NCBI GenBank assembly: GCA_022571845.1
Contig: JACZXB010000012.1
Location: 127 to 64,126, forward strand
Direction: 5' to 3'
Length of the DNA: 64,000 nt
Source of the DNA: Candidatus Zixiibacteriota bacterium
GTDB lineage: Bacteria; Zixibacteria; MSB-5A5; GN15; FEB-12
Made by a program: the position numbers and the translations under genes. Under the pieces are notes generated by a model. That model ran no database searches, was not told the origin of the DNA, and saw only the letters and a program-made list of their open reading frames with translations. This document shows positions 19,383 to 30,209 of the stretch, one piece after another (within the stretch, counting starts at the first letter, position 1; every line of letters begins with the position of its first letter).

Positions 19383-20129
19383 TTAGGTCGAAATCTGCTC
19401 TTTCAGCAGCTCTACCAGCTTCGGCAAAAACTGACCTGATTTCCCTGCAAAGTGAAAATCAACTATATCTGAAAGAGCTGTTCTCTCAACATTTATTTCC
19501 ACCAAAACAGCGCCGTGTTGCTGGGCTACAATCGGAAGAGTTGCGGCCGGGTGGACCAAGGCCGAAGTTCCGACCACAAAAAACAGTTCAGCTTCTTCCG
19601 CCTTTAAAAAAGCTTTGTTTATGATATCCGGATCCAGCATTTCACCAAACCATACTATATCGGGTCGAATTTTCCCGTTGCATAAAGAACATGTCGGTAT
19701 CTTCGCGGGATTGATATCTCCTGCATCATCGTATAAAGCGCTGCAATCCATACACTTATTTCTGTATATGTTGCCATGTAACTCAAGAATTGATTTGGAA
19801 CCGGCCAGGAAATGCAAATTGTCAACATTCTGGGTCACCAGGGTAAATTCGTCAATCATATTTTCAAGATTCACCAGAGCGACGTGTCCTGCATTGGGCT
19901 TGACCTTGGCAATCAATTCCCGCCGCCAGTTATACCATTCCCAGACTATCTTGGGGTTGGACATAAAGGCATCCATCGAGGCCAGCTGCTCCGCTTTGAA
20001 TTTCCCCCAGAGGCCTTCTTTTCCGCGAAAGGTAGGAACGCCTGATTCGGCCGAGATGCCGGCTCCGGTCAATACAACTACTTTAGAGCAGTTTTTTAGT
20101 TTTCCGACAAGTTCTTCAAGCATAGCCAA
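19383..20129 (-). CDS. cobB: NAD-dependent protein deacylase (Sir2/CobB)
   Basis: Motifs GAGISAESGVPTFRG, QNVDNLH, and Zn ribbon CxxC...CSLCNG. Confidence 0.92.
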   Translation of the reverse strand: MAMLEELVGKLKNCSKVVVLTGAGISAESGVPTFRGKEGLWGKFKAEQLASMDAFMSNPKIVWEWYNWRRELIAKVKPNAGHVALVNLENMIDEFTLVTQNVDNLHFLAGSKSILELHGNIYRNKCMDCSALYDDAGDINPAKIPTCSLCNGKIRPDIVWFGEMLDPDIINKAFLKAEEAELFFVVGTSALVHPAATLPIVAQQHGAVLVEINVERTALSDIVDFHFAGKSGQFLPKLVELLKEQIST

Positions 20130-20260
20130 GAAGATACAAATCCGATGCGTAAATTAAAAGTAAGGAATGTTAACTCAGAATTGGATTTTGAAATCACCTG
20201 CATAAAGCTAAAATTCGAGGCTGACCGGCTGGTTTCTTTATTTTGCTAAGTTTAGAGCAG

Positions 20261-20293
20261 GTCGAAACCTCTCGTACTCGAAATGGTTTCGAC
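20261..20293. repeat. hairpin repeat, family H (GTCGAAACC-N15-GGTTTCGAC)
   Basis: Perfect 9-bp stem. A second copy at 26974-27006 is in the opposite orientation with 4 mismatches. Confidence 0.8.
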
Positions 20294-20310
20294 ATAGATA
20301 CTTGTTTCGC

Positions 20311-20367
20311 ACCTTTCGACCCTTTCCGCCGAGGCGGACTCAGGACAAGGCAGGCTCAGGGTGACGA
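20311..20367 (-). repeat. composite family A repeat
   Basis: acctttcgaccctttccgccgaggcggactcaggacaaggcaggctcagggtgacg. Near-duplicate of 6817-6875. Confidence 0.85.
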
Positions 20368-20388
20368 CCCAATTAGCCATATTGCCTG

Positions 20389-21294
20389 CTAAAGAGATTC
20401 TAGTATGGCAAGATAGTTCTCGTAGCGGAAGTTTTCTATCTCACCCTTTGCCAGAGCTTGTTTTACGGCACAGTCCGGTTCATGGATATGTACACAGTCT
20501 TTGAAACGGCAAGTGCCGTTGTATTTTTCGAACTCCCGATAATAATACTGCAGTTCAGCTTTATTCACATCCCAGATTCCCATAACTTTTAACCCCGGCG
20601 AATCTGCCAAAAATCCTCCCGAAGGCAATTCAAACAATTCAATATGGGCAGTAGTTTGTTTGCCGCGGTTGGTTGATTTTGAGATTGTAGCCGTCTTGAG
20701 ATCAAGCCCCGGTACTAGCTGATTAATAATTGAAGATTTCCCTACTCCCGAATGACCGACCAGGATTGTCTTGTGCCCCCGCATTGCTATCTTCAGGTCT
20801 TCGATTCCCTCCCCCGTCTCGCACGATGTCGGGAAAATTTCAATACCAAGCGACTTATAGGCAGAGAAGACTGTTTCAAACTCTTTTGGTTTGGGCAAGT
20901 CAATTTTGTTGATAATTATGACCGGTTTGAGGTTCCCTTTTTGGGCAGAAATCAAGAAGCGGTCTATCAAGCCGGTTTTAAGTTTGGGAGATGTTATTGA
21001 ACTGACAATGGCCAGTTTATCCAGATTTGCGGCGATGACCTGTTTGATTTTTTCCTGCCCCACAGCAGGTCTGGAAAAAGCTGTCCTGCGCTCTAACACT
21101 TTTTCGATTATGGCGGAGCCTTCGTGGCTGGGAGATAACAGGACATCGTCACCGACTGCTACCGGAGTCGTTGCCTCGGCCTCGGATTTGACTTTTCGCC
21201 TGACCTCGCACTTAAGTTTATTTCCTGATTCTGTGATGACCTCAAATAATCTTCCTCTGGTGGCGAGTACCACTCCTTTTTCAAATTCCGTCAT
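20389..21294 (-). CDS. rsgA: ribosome small-subunit-dependent GTPase A
   Basis: Circularly permuted GTPase: NKIDL lies before GHSGVGKSS. C-terminal Zn motif CRFKDCVHIHEPDCAV. Confidence 0.93.
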   Translation of the reverse strand: MTEFEKGVVLATRGRLFEVITESGNKLKCEVRRKVKSEAEATTPVAVGDDVLLSPSHEGSAIIEKVLERRTAFSRPAVGQEKIKQVIAANLDKLAIVSSITSPKLKTGLIDRFLISAQKGNLKPVIIINKIDLPKPKEFETVFSAYKSLGIEIFPTSCETGEGIEDLKIAMRGHKTILVGHSGVGKSSIINQLVPGLDLKTATISKSTNRGKQTTAHIELFELPSGGFLADSPGLKVMGIWDVNKAELQYYYREFEKYNGTCRFKDCVHIHEPDCAVKQALAKGEIENFRYENYLAILESL

Positions 21295-21445
21295 GCAAGA
21301 CAGAATCTACGACAATCAAGACCGGTATTCAAGTAGGCCAGCCAATAGTCAGAAACCCACCATAAATGGCAAAGTCCCGTGGGGTGGGGCACCCGGCAAC
21401 AAGAAGCATAGTTTGACTTTCATCTCATAACCTCCAACGTTAACG

Positions 21446-22549
21446 TTATTGAACTGTTTGCGAGGAAATGCTTGTAAACTGATTAATTTCTGTCGTTGTT
21501 ATAAGCCGAAACTCTGCTTTCCTCTCTTTTATATCGTAAACATAGAAATTCAGCAAAAACATCCCTCCCCCGAGAATTCCTAACCAGTTGCCATCTGCCG
21601 TCACGGCAAGCAGTTTAGGAGGCATGCAGCCAACAGGCGAACAAAAGAATCCGGAATCAATTACAACTGTATCGATTTCGTTTTTCTCTACATCAAAAAT
21701 CGTAAAGCTTTGGTTCGCCGGAGGGTCTGTACTGGTTCGGCCAGGGCTTGTGTAATAGACAAATCTCCCATCTGATGATTGTACAAGGCTGCCACTTCCT
21801 GGAACTAGTTCGTCTCGGAATATAATTGAATCCAGTGTCACATCATAAACTTGAAAAGACCAAGTCCAGAGACCAAGAACTACATATAGGAATAGTTTTG
21901 TATTATCAATTGAAGGTATTACATACACAACACTACCTCCATCAAATCCCTTTCTATTAAGCTCAAATGTATTGTTCGATAGGTCTATACTAAGCACTAC
22001 GCTACTACTATCCGGGCTTAACAGTGAAGCACAAAAGAACATTTTACTGTCGTTCGAAAATGCTCCATTGACGTAAAGGATTTGTGATGAATCTTTGTAG
22101 ACGACCTTGTAATCAGATGTTCTTAAAATAAACAATTGGTTCCCAGTGAGGGCTATGTACTGGTTATTCGGGGAAACTGATACGGGGTAAAGGCTTGGGT
22201 ACGGAATTTCAGCTACAAAGGTAAGAGAATCAGTCCCTGCGACAATTATTGAGTTGCCTTGTGCAAAATAAAGCAATTTGCCATCTGCTGAAGCTGTTAT
22301 CCCGGGGAAAGTTCCCCAAGGAACTTGAACTGAATCTATTCGGTTTGTATTTGGTGTATAAGTATACAGCCTATTATTCTGTGCGTCCGCAAAGTAAAAC
22401 TTGTAAAATGTCGGCTCGACCGGTTCAACCGGTTTGTCACAGCTGAAACCCAATAGAAAGCACGAAAGTATAGCCGTAAATAATAGCTGATATCTGAGAT
22501 TTTTCGTCACCTGTATTTCCCTACATTTATTGACGAAGCTGTCGCCCAT
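21446..22549 (-). CDS. beta-propeller repeat lipoprotein, unknown function
   Basis: Lipobox LLGFSC. Repeated blades (SADGKLLYFA, SPNNQYIAL, SSDGRFVYY, TADGNWLGI). The track ORF extends to 22702, but that extension is encoded by a family A repeat, so Met at 22549 is preferred. Confidence 0.7.
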   Translation of the reverse strand: MGDSFVNKCREIQVTKNLRYQLLFTAILSCFLLGFSCDKPVEPVEPTFYKFYFADAQNNRLYTYTPNTNRIDSVQVPWGTFPGITASADGKLLYFAQGNSIIVAGTDSLTFVAEIPYPSLYPVSVSPNNQYIALTGNQLFILRTSDYKVVYKDSSQILYVNGAFSNDSKMFFCASLLSPDSSSVVLSIDLSNNTFELNRKGFDGGSVVYVIPSIDNTKLFLYVVLGLWTWSFQVYDVTLDSIIFRDELVPGSGSLVQSSDGRFVYYTSPGRTSTDPPANQSFTIFDVEKNEIDTVVIDSGFFCSPVGCMPPKLLAVTADGNWLGILGGGMFLLNFYVYDIKERKAEFRLITTTEINQFTSISSQTVQ

Positions 22550-22649
22550 GCGTGCAAAAATAGGTACCATAAGGTACATACTACTTCCGCCCCGCCTGTC
22601 AAGCGAAATTTGGCGGAAATATTGGATAATATATAAGGCCAGCGCAGAA

Positions 22650-22700
22650 GGGTAGACCCTTTCCGCTGAGGGGGACACAGGAAAGGCTCCGCTCAGCACC
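22650..22700 (-). repeat. family A-like interspersed repeat
   Basis: The reverse complement reads gtgctgagcggagcctttcctgtgtccccctcagcggaaagggtc, which produces the artefactual MVLSGAFPVSPSAERV N-terminus. Confidence 0.7.
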
Positions 22701-22819
22701 ACACTATATATAGGGGGGGCTATTGAGGCGGATTTTGAACCCTGAGATTCAAATTTGCGTTGAATAAGCGTATGTATTATGCTGTTTGGAAATTGAACCG
22801 ATTATGAGATATAAAACTA

Positions 22820-25816
22820 ATGTTTGAATTTATAACAAAAATATTCGGCACCAAGCACGAGCGCGAAGTTAAGAAACTTCAGCCGAAAGTTGACGAAATA
22901 AACCTCGAGTTTGATAAGCTTCAGAATCTCTCAGATGATGAGCTAAAAGCCAAAACCGATGCATTTCGAAAGCGGCTTGAAGATGGCGAGACTCTTGATG
23001 ACCTTTTAGCCGAGACCTTTGCGGTGGTCAAAGAGGCCTGCCGCCGGCATCTCGGCAAAAGCTGGAAGGTGGTCGGGCTCGAGACCGAATGGAATATGGT
23101 GCATTTTGATGTTCAGCTAATCGGCGGGATAGTACTGCATCAGGGGAAAATAGCCGAGATGGCCACCGGCGAAGGTAAAACTGTGGTGGCCACGCTGCCT
23201 ACTTATCTTAACGCTCTTAGCGGCAAAGGCGTGCATATGGTCACAGTCAATGACTTTCTGGCCCGCCGCGACCGCGACTGGATGGGACAGATTTATGAAT
23301 TTCTCGGATTATCTGTCGGCGTTATTCAAAATCAGATGTCAAATGCCGAACGGCGTGAGATGTTCAAGTGCGATGTTACTTTTGGTACCGCCACGGAATT
23401 TGGCTTTGACTATCTTCGTGACAATATGGCCCAAACCGCCGAAGACCGCGTTCACCGTAATTATCACTATGCCATAATCGACGAAGTTGATTCTATATTG
23501 ATAGACGAAGCCCGCACGCCGCTGATAATGTCGGGACAGGTTGAGCTTAGTGTTCATGACCGCTACCGCGAAATGAACCCCACCATAAAGAATCTGGTAC
23601 GAAAGCAGACAGTCTTAGTCAATGACATGCTGGCCAGGGCTGAAAAAATGGTTGCTGAGAACAAGGACGGTGATGCTTTCGAAACCGGCACGTTGCTGTT
23701 GGCAGTTCGCCGCGGCGCTCCCAAAAACAAGAGATTCTTGAAACTCTTAAAAGAATCGGGCGTCAGCAAACTCATAACTGATGTTGAATCTTCCTATATG
23801 CGCGATAAGAAACTTCATGAAGTGGACGAGCGTCTTTACTACTTCTTGGATGAACGCGAGCATACCATCGTGCTGACAGATTTGGGCACAAATCAGCTTA
23901 CGACAGAAGAACAGAAACTTTTCGAAATACCGGATATTTCCTCTATGCTTTCGGAAATTGATGGTGACGAATCACTTGACGATGAAACCAGACAAAAAAA
24001 AATAGACGCTGTTTATGAACTACACGCCGAGCGTTCTGAAAAAGTTCACGCCATAAATCAGCTCTTGCGCGGCTATACGTTATACGAAAAAGATGTAGAG
24101 TATGTTGTTCAGAACGGCAAGGTAATGATTGTCGATGAAAACACCGGCCGTATTCTGCCGGGCAGGCGCTACTCTGACGGACTTCATCAGTCTATTGAGG
24201 CCAAAGAGGGTGTCACAATCGAGGCTGAGTCTCAGACTCTGGCCTCAATAACTTTGCAGAACTTCTTCCGGATGTACGACAAGCTGGCCGGCATGACCGG
24301 CACGGCCGAAACAGAAGCCGGCGAGTTCCATGATATTTACAAACTCGATGTAGCCGTCATTCCGACCAACGAGACAGTTATTCGCGATGATATGGAAGAT
24401 GAGATCTACCGCACCCGCCGTGAAAAGTACAATGCAATTATCAGGGAAATTCAGGAAATGCAGAAGCTGGGTCGGCCTTGTTTGGTAGGAACTATCAGCG
24501 TCGAAGTTTCTGAAACTCTTTCGAGGATGCTCAAGCGCACCGGAGTTGTTCATAATGTACTTAATGCCAAGCAGCATCAGCGCGAAGCCGAGATTGTAAC
24601 TTCGGCCGGGCAAAAAAGCGCTGTGACAATTGCTACAAATATGGCCGGTCGCGGCACGGATATCCGACTGGGAGAGGGTGTCAAAGAAGCCGGCGGGCTG
24701 CACATTATTGGCACCGAGCGGCATGAGTCGCGGCGTATTGACCGGCAGTTAAGAGGACGTTCCGGACGTCAGGGGGACGCGGGTTCTTCGCGGTTTTTCC
24801 TGTCACTCGAAGACGACCTCATGCGTCTGTTCGGGGGAGATAAGTTGGGCAGCCTGATGGACAAGATGGGCGTGCAGGAAGATGAAGTTATTACACATCC
24901 GATGGTGACCAAAGCCATCGAACGCGCCCAGATAAAAATCGAAGCCCAGAATTTTGCCATTCGTAAACATACTCTTGAGTATGACGACGTTATGAATGTC
25001 CAGCGCAAATGGATTTATGAGCGCCGTCTGGCTGCTCTGGAAAGACCGTCTATCAAAGACGAAGTAGAAGAGCTGATAGAATCCGTTCTGGCCGGTATGC
25101 TCGATGATTTCTGCCCCGAAGGACAGCACCCCGAAGAATGGAACATGACCGGCTTCATGGATGACCTTCGCAAAATTTATCTGGTAAATCTCTCCATGAA
25201 AAGTGAGGAAATCCCGGAACTGGAGCGCCCGACATTTTCTGAGAAAATGCTCCAGGCAGTGACCGATATTTATCAGCAAAAAGAAGATGCCTATGGCGAA
25301 GAAGTTATGCGCTCGCTGGAACGCTTTGCAGTGCTCTCTACAATCGACCGCTATTGGCGCGACCACTTAGCTGAGATGGAGGAGCTGCGCACGGGCATCA
25401 GCCTGCGCTCTTACCACGGCGGCATGGGCAAACCGATTGATATCTATAAGAAAGAAGCCTTCGGCATATTTGAAACCATGATTACGACTGTCGACCGGGA
25501 GATTGTAAATCTTGTTTATAAACTTCGCGTAAACGTTCCCGAAAAATCACGCTCTGATAGACGTCGTGAAGGTCTGGCCATGGAAGCCCGCCACGCTGAT
25601 TCTACCGGCATGGGTTATGCGGTGGCTCAGCAGGCCGCGGCGGTTTCGGCGCCTGCGGCCGGTGTGGCAACTCAGCCGAACCCAATGGCCGAAGCTTCAC
25701 AGGCCGGCCGGGAGGCTCGTACCTTCAGGCGCGAACAACCGAAAATAGGCCGCAACGATCCCTGCCCCTGCGGCAGCGGCAAAAAATTCAAAAAATGCCA
25801 CGGGATGAACGTGTAA
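22820..25816 (+). CDS. secA: preprotein translocase ATPase SecA
   Basis: 998 aa. Motifs MATGEGKT and [17 protein letters not shown]-terminal Zn finger [14 protein letters not shown]. Confidence 0.97.
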   Translation: MFEFITKIFGTKHEREVKKLQPKVDEINLEFDKLQNLSDDELKAKTDAFRKRLEDGETLDDLLAETFAVVKEACRRHLGKSWKVVGLETEWNMVHFDVQLIGGIVLHQGKIAEMATGEGKTVVATLPTYLNALSGKGVHMVTVNDFLARRDRDWMGQIYEFLGLSVGVIQNQMSNAERREMFKCDVTFGTATEFGFDYLRDNMAQTAEDRVHRNYHYAIIDEVDSILIDEARTPLIMSGQVELSVHDRYREMNPTIKNLVRKQTVLVNDMLARAEKMVAENKDGDAFETGTLLLAVRRGAPKNKRFLKLLKESGVSKLITDVESSYMRDKKLHEVDERLYYFLDEREHTIVLTDLGTNQLTTEEQKLFEIPDISSMLSEIDGDESLDDETRQKKIDAVYELHAERSEKVHAINQLLRGYTLYEKDVEYVVQNGKVMIVDENTGRILPGRRYSDGLHQSIEAKEGVTIEAESQTLASITLQNFFRMYDKLAGMTGTAETEAGEFHDIYKLDVAVIPTNETVIRDDMEDEIYRTRREKYNAIIREIQEMQKLGRPCLVGTISVEVSETLSRMLKRTGVVHNVLNAKQHQREAEIVTSAGQKSAVTIATNMAGRGTDIRLGEGVKEAGGLHIIGTERHESRRIDRQLRGRSGRQGDAGSSRFFLSLEDDLMRLFGGDKLGSLMDKMGVQEDEVITHPMVTKAIERAQIKIEAQNFAIRKHTLEYDDVMNVQRKWIYERRLAALERPSIKDEVEELIESVLAGMLDDFCPEGQHPEEWNMTGFMDDLRKIYLVNLSMKSEEIPELERPTFSEKMLQAVTDIYQQKEDAYGEEVMRSLERFAVLSTIDRYWRDHLAEMEELRTGISLRSYHGGMGKPIDIYKKEAFGIFETMITTVDREIVNLVYKLRVNVPEKSRSDRRREGLAMEARHADSTGMGYAVAQQAAAVSAPAAGVATQPNPMAEASQAGREARTFRREQPKIGRNDPCPCGSGKKFKKCHGMNV

Positions 25817-25834
25817 ACCCATACATTTCCGCTG

Positions 25835-25862
25835 TTGACAATTTTGCCCGGCACCATAAATT
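25835..25862 (+). promoter_or_regulatory. candidate sigma70-type promoter for the 25901 gene
   Basis: TTGACA (25835-25840), 16-nt spacer, TAAATT (25857-25862). About 40 nt before the TTG start with RBS GGAGGG. Confidence 0.35.
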
Positions 25863-25900
25863 AAGTATCGCTTGTCGTTTCTATTGGAGGGTTTAAATTC

Positions 25901-26518
25901 TTGAAATATTTGGTCAGTTTACTCTATTTATTTTTATTTGCAGGTATTGCTCAATCGCAATCTTTATTGCTTGAAAAAGATCAGAACTCATTCACTTTTG
26001 AAGTCGGCTTTGCCGGAGGCCATAATTTTAGTAGTTTAGGTCTTGGAATCGGCGCAACTTACCAAAGTACTCTGGATGTGGGGGCAGCGGTTAGCAGAGC
26101 ATTTCATAAGTTTGATAACTATTGGGTATTAGGACAGGCTGCATCCGTCAAAATTTTGAGTGAAACTAGCGCCGATAATATTACAAGCAGTCTCTCTCTT
26201 AATCAAGGATTCAGTTTCGCGCATGGAATAAAAATACTTTCTCTGGGTGGAGCATTCTCTCTTAGGTCAAAGCTCAGTAGAAAGAGCTCAGTACTCTTCT
26301 CTCTCGGTTACAATCGTATTATGAGTCTTAGTCCTGATAATGAGGGATTCAACTCTATGACGATAAGTTTAACCTTAGCGCTCGGAGATGGTAAATCTTT
26401 GTTTCAACTTACTCCGTTTGCAACACTAGCTGCAGATAACAGAAGCGTTTACGGGTTGTCTCTCGGTAATTCTTCTATAGTCACAAGTAGAGAACAAGAT
26501 ACGTTCACAATTAAATAA
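25901..26518 (+). CDS. small outer-membrane beta-barrel-like protein
   Basis: TTG start after GGAGGG. Signal peptide, then alternating hydrophobic strands. Similar size and layout to 28007..28615. Confidence 0.65.
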   Translation: MKYLVSLLYLFLFAGIAQSQSLLLEKDQNSFTFEVGFAGGHNFSSLGLGIGATYQSTLDVGAAVSRAFHKFDNYWVLGQAASVKILSETSADNITSSLSLNQGFSFAHGIKILSLGGAFSLRSKLSRKSSVLFSLGYNRIMSLSPDNEGFNSMTISLTLALGDGKSLFQLTPFATLAADNRSVYGLSLGNSSIVTSREQDTFTIK

Positions 26519-26530
26519 CAGACTTCTGAC

Positions 26531-26947
26531 CTACTCCCCCCCATCATAACAAACCATCTCAACAGTATTCCCCTCGGGGTCGGTGACATAAAGCGAGCGC
26601 CATTTGGTCCAGTCATGATAAACGGTGCGGACTTCGCAGCCCAATGCCTCTATTCGTTTCATCTCAGATTCATAGTCTGATTTCGAAATGCCAAAAGCAA
26701 TATGGTCAATGGTCGATTTTTTAGAGTCGATCCCTGTGTAGCCTTTTGTACCAGAACGATCGAAAAGCGCCAGAACTTGAACGTGTCCCTCGACACCCTC
26801 GGCTATGCGAAAAAAAACAGTTTTTTCAAAACTCTCCAGAAACTCGAGGCCGATGACTTCTTCGTAGAATCTGGTCATTTTGTCTAAATCGTTGACTCGT
26901 AAGGCGATTTCAGCGAGTCCTTTGATTGCGCTTTGTTTCGATGGCAT
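26531..26947 (-). CDS. VOC/glyoxalase-family protein
   Basis: 138 aa with a paired beta-alpha-beta-beta-beta layout (LAEIALRVNDLDKMTRFYEEVIGL ... DHIAFGI ... YVTDPEGNTVEM). Confidence 0.82.
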   Translation of the reverse strand: MPSKQSAIKGLAEIALRVNDLDKMTRFYEEVIGLEFLESFEKTVFFRIAEGVEGHVQVLALFDRSGTKGYTGIDSKKSTIDHIAFGISKSDYESEMKRIEALGCEVRTVYHDWTKWRSLYVTDPEGNTVEMVCYDGGE

Positions 26948-26973
26948 AATGCTTAACCTCTTATTTTCTATTT

Positions 26974-27040
26974 GTCGAAACCATCCCGAGTACGTGAGGT
27001 TTCGACCTACTCACTGTCCTGAGCCTGTCGAAGGGTGACG
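26974..27040. repeat. family H hairpin followed by a family A repeat
   Basis: gtcgaaaccatcccgagtacgtgaggtttcgac + ctgtcctgagcctgtcgaagggtgacg. Confidence 0.8.
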
Positions 27041-27104
27041 ATTTTAATTGATACAGCTATCGATTTCAGCCATATTCATACTTAATAAAACAAAAACATA
27101 GGGA

Positions 27105-27785
27105 GTGAAGAAGATGAAAAAAATATTTGTTCTTATGACCTTAGCAGTCCTGATGGTAAGTCTAAACGGCTGCAGCAATTTGAGCCGCAAAGAAAAAGGC
27201 GCCATAATCGGCGCTACGGCGGGGGCAGTTGTAGGCGGAATTATCGGTAACGAGGCCGGCAATACTGCCATGGGCGCTATAATTGGCGCCGCAGTCGGCG
27301 GAGCGGCCGGTGCTTATATCGGCAATTATATGGACAAACAGGCGGCCGAGATTGAAAGAGACCTCGAGGGCGCCACAATCGAACGGGTCGGCGAAGGTAT
27401 CAAAATTACTTTCAAATCTGGCATACTTTTCGATGTCGACAAATCCAGCCTCAAACCCGAAGCCGAAGCAGAACTGCACAAACTTGCTGTCATTTTGGCC
27501 AAATACGAAGATACCGAGATTTTGGTCGAGGGTCACACCGATGCTACCGGCGGCGAAGAGCATAATCGCGAGTTGTCTATCCGTCGGGCTAATTCGGTCT
27601 CGACTCACTTAACGACACATAATGTTGCCGGCAACAGGTTTACAGTAATGGGTTATGGGGAAAGTCAGCCGATAGCTGACAATGCCACAGCTGAAGGACG
27701 TCAGACCAACCGCCGCGTGGAGCTGGCTATTTTCGCCAACGATAAACTCAAGAGCGTTGCAGAAAAGCAAATCGACCAGGGATAA
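27105..27785 (+). CDS. OmpA-family lipoprotein with a glycine-zipper N-terminal region
   Basis: Lipobox SLNGC, Gly-zipper GATAGAVVGGIIG...GAAVGGAAGAYIG, and OmpA-C motifs GHTDATGGEEHNRELSIRRA...NRRVEL. Confidence 0.9.
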   Translation: MKKMKKIFVLMTLAVLMVSLNGCSNLSRKEKGAIIGATAGAVVGGIIGNEAGNTAMGAIIGAAVGGAAGAYIGNYMDKQAAEIERDLEGATIERVGEGIKITFKSGILFDVDKSSLKPEAEAELHKLAVILAKYEDTEILVEGHTDATGGEEHNRELSIRRANSVSTHLTTHNVAGNRFTVMGYGESQPIADNATAEGRQTNRRVELAIFANDKLKSVAEKQIDQG

Positions 27786-27821
27786 AACTCTAAACTTTGA
27801 CACTGCCTTGAAGCCCCAAAT

Positions 27822-27902
27822 CGTCACCCTGAGTCCGCCTCGGCGGAAAGGATGACACAGGGTGCGAGTTATTCTGTGGTGTCGGACGCCCTCGTCCGAC
27901 AC
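27822..27902 (+). repeat. family A repeat plus a 10-bp-stem hairpin
   Basis: cgtcaccctgagtccgcctcggcggaaaggatgac, then gtgtcggacg-ccct-cgtccgacac. Confidence 0.75.
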
Positions 27903-28006
27903 CTGCCTTATTATATAATTGCCATAGATTGTCAGGAACAATAGCCTCTTTACTTACTAAGACCAGTTATTTATACTACAGCAAGCTCAATGTAGGGAGG
28001 TCGCAA

Positions 28007-28615
28007 ATGAAGTTATCTAAAACTGTTGTCCTTTTCTGTGCAGTATTGTTTTTGTTACCGGCTTCAGCTATGGCACAAGCAGATTTCTTTCAAAAAGGGG
28101 AAAGTGGCATCGGGTTACTGGCAGGTTATGCAGAAGGAAACAGCTCAAACACAATTCAAGGTGCTGCATTTGTAATTTATTCAGGAATTTTGGATTTTGG
28201 TATTTATAACAGCTCTATTAGTCAAGGCAGAAATTGGCGACGGACTAGTACCACTAGCTATCATCTTGGCATATATCCTTTACGTGAAAATGCATCCAGG
28301 AGTATAAGAATTAATCTTGGCATTTTTGCTGAGTATAGTAATATCCAAGGTATAAATCATGAAATCGTTGGAATATCTATGTTTAAAAGAATGGGCGGCA
28401 GCTCTTCTTTTTCTCAGCCAAAGGTTTCAGTAATCAAAGTATGGCCTCGCGGTTTTAACCAGCCGGGGGAAATGGCTTATCAGCTTGATTTTACACTAGG
28501 CTGGCGGAAGCGGAATTCGATAATTACTGCTACTGCTTCGGTATTAAAAGGCGAAGACGCAACGATTCTGGGATTCACAGCAGGCTTTGCTATTGCGCTC
28601 GAATCAGATAACTGA
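28007..28615 (+). CDS. small outer-membrane beta-barrel-like protein (similar in layout to 25901..26518)
   Basis: ATG 28007 lies behind GGGAGG. Signal peptide MKLSKTVVLFCAVLFLLPASAMA. The track ORF start at 27929 is upstream of the RBS. Confidence 0.65.
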   Translation: MKLSKTVVLFCAVLFLLPASAMAQADFFQKGESGIGLLAGYAEGNSSNTIQGAAFVIYSGILDFGIYNSSISQGRNWRRTSTTSYHLGIYPLRENASRSIRINLGIFAEYSNIQGINHEIVGISMFKRMGGSSSFSQPKVSVIKVWPRGFNQPGEMAYQLDFTLGWRKRNSIITATASVLKGEDATILGFTAGFAIALESDN

Positions 28616-28647
28616 AAGTAACAGCAGAACTGTTATAAGCAATACCG

Positions 28648-30195
28648 TTAATCATCCAAGGCATCAAAAGCTTCCGGCAGAAAGTCAATCATATCACCGG
28701 CTATCATAGCACGTGCAGTCAAGGCGTCGGCGGCCATGTCGCCGGCTGTGCCCTGAATAAAGGCGCCGCAAACGGCAGCGTCTTCGGCTGTCATCCCCTG
28801 TGCTAATAGTGAGCCGATTATGCCGGTTAAGACATCACCCGAGCCGGCTGTAGCCATGCCGTGATTTCCGGTCGGGTTCAAATAGCAATTGCCGTTTGGA
28901 CAGGCGATTATAGTCGGGCTGCCCTTGAGCAGCAAAGTGATATTGTAGTTTTTCGCAAAATCCAGCACAGAGTCAAAGCGCTCTTGAATTTCATCCGGGA
29001 CTGTCACCCCTGTTAGTCTCTCGAATTCTCCCGCATGTGGTGTCAGCACCATAGCTGCCTTAGATTCTTTTAGTGTGTTCATGTCTGCAGACAAAGCTGT
29101 AAGAGCATCGGCATCTACGACAATCGGCTTTTCATTATTTGCAACAAAGCGCCGGACCAACTCTTGAGTTTCATGGTGCAAGCCCAGGCCGGGACCTAAT
29201 GCGATCGCGTCATGCTCTTTGGAGAGTTTCCGAATCTCCCCTAACGAACGCAAAGCCAGCACGCCTCTTTTTGCAATATCCGGCAGCGAATGGGTCATCG
29301 CTTCAGTTAATTTAATAGCTAATACAGTCTGCACTCCCTGCGGACAGCCCACCCGAACGATTCCGCAGCCGGCTCGAAGAGCGCTGTTGGCACAGAGACA
29401 GGCAGCGCCTGTCATACCTGTAGAGCCTGAGATGGCCAGAAGCTTGCCGAAATCTCCCTTGTGTCCTTGGGGGTCTCTCTCCGGCAGTTTCTTTGCGACA
29501 AGTTCGGCTGAAATCAGCTGATGTTGCAACTTTTGCTTTTTCATAACTTCATCCGGTATTCCTATTGGTACGATATCCACAACTCCGGCCAGCTCAGAAC
29601 CGGGGAATAAAAATAAGCCATATTTGGGCAAAGCCAAAGCGAAAGTATAGTCAGCCCGGATAACCGCTCCCTGATGAGTTCCCTTATCAGCATTCAGCCC
29701 CGAGGGCATATCTATGGCGATTACAGCGGTTTCCTGTTCATTGATGAATTCTATGACTTCTGCAGACAGATCGCGAGGACTACCTTTGAAACCTGTGCCA
29801 AAAACTGCATCTATAATATGGCTGTAGTTTTTTATATCATCAAAGTCGGCGACTTTTTTTATTTCTGTCAGCGGCATTCCGCATTTAACAGCTCGATTGT
29901 AGTTCACACTCGCGTCTTTAGATAATTCTTTGACCGGACCAATAAAAAACAGACAGACATTAACACCCGCCTCATGCAGATACCTAGCCACTACAAAGCC
30001 ATCGCCGCCGTTGTTGCCTTTGCCACAAATAACAGCGACTTTGTTGTCAGTCGCAGGATCAATAATATTGTGGATAAGTAAACGCTCGGCTATCCCCTGC
30101 CCGGCCTTTTCCATTAAATCTAATGACGGGATTTTGTGCCTGTCGATGGCCTCGCGGTCAATAGCACGCATCGACTCGGAGGTGACCAGATACAT
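28648..30195 (-). CDS. nnr: bifunctional NAD(P)H-hydrate repair enzyme (epimerase / ADP-dependent dehydratase)
   Basis: YjeF-N motif GKGNNGGDGFV plus a C-terminal carbohydrate-kinase domain (TPHAGEFERL, GSGDVLTG). Confidence 0.92.
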   Translation of the reverse strand: MYLVTSESMRAIDREAIDRHKIPSLDLMEKAGQGIAERLLIHNIIDPATDNKVAVICGKGNNGGDGFVVARYLHEAGVNVCLFFIGPVKELSKDASVNYNRAVKCGMPLTEIKKVADFDDIKNYSHIIDAVFGTGFKGSPRDLSAEVIEFINEQETAVIAIDMPSGLNADKGTHQGAVIRADYTFALALPKYGLFLFPGSELAGVVDIVPIGIPDEVMKKQKLQHQLISAELVAKKLPERDPQGHKGDFGKLLAISGSTGMTGAACLCANSALRAGCGIVRVGCPQGVQTVLAIKLTEAMTHSLPDIAKRGVLALRSLGEIRKLSKEHDAIALGPGLGLHHETQELVRRFVANNEKPIVVDADALTALSADMNTLKESKAAMVLTPHAGEFERLTGVTVPDEIQERFDSVLDFAKNYNITLLLKGSPTIIACPNGNCYLNPTGNHGMATAGSGDVLTGIIGSLLAQGMTAEDAAVCGAFIQGTAGDMAADALTARAMIAGDMIDFLPEAFDALDD

Positions 30196-30209
30196 AACCA
30201 GTTCCTTTG

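Noticed and set aside
22550-22702. N-terminal extension of the beta-propeller lipoprotein (track start 22702), and the similar extension of the YchF-like gene to 33989
   Set aside because: The extra residues (MVLSGAFPVSPSAERV.. and MTAADFLVAKAELF..) are encoded by interspersed repeats or spacer. They precede the obvious signal peptide or P-loop N-terminus.
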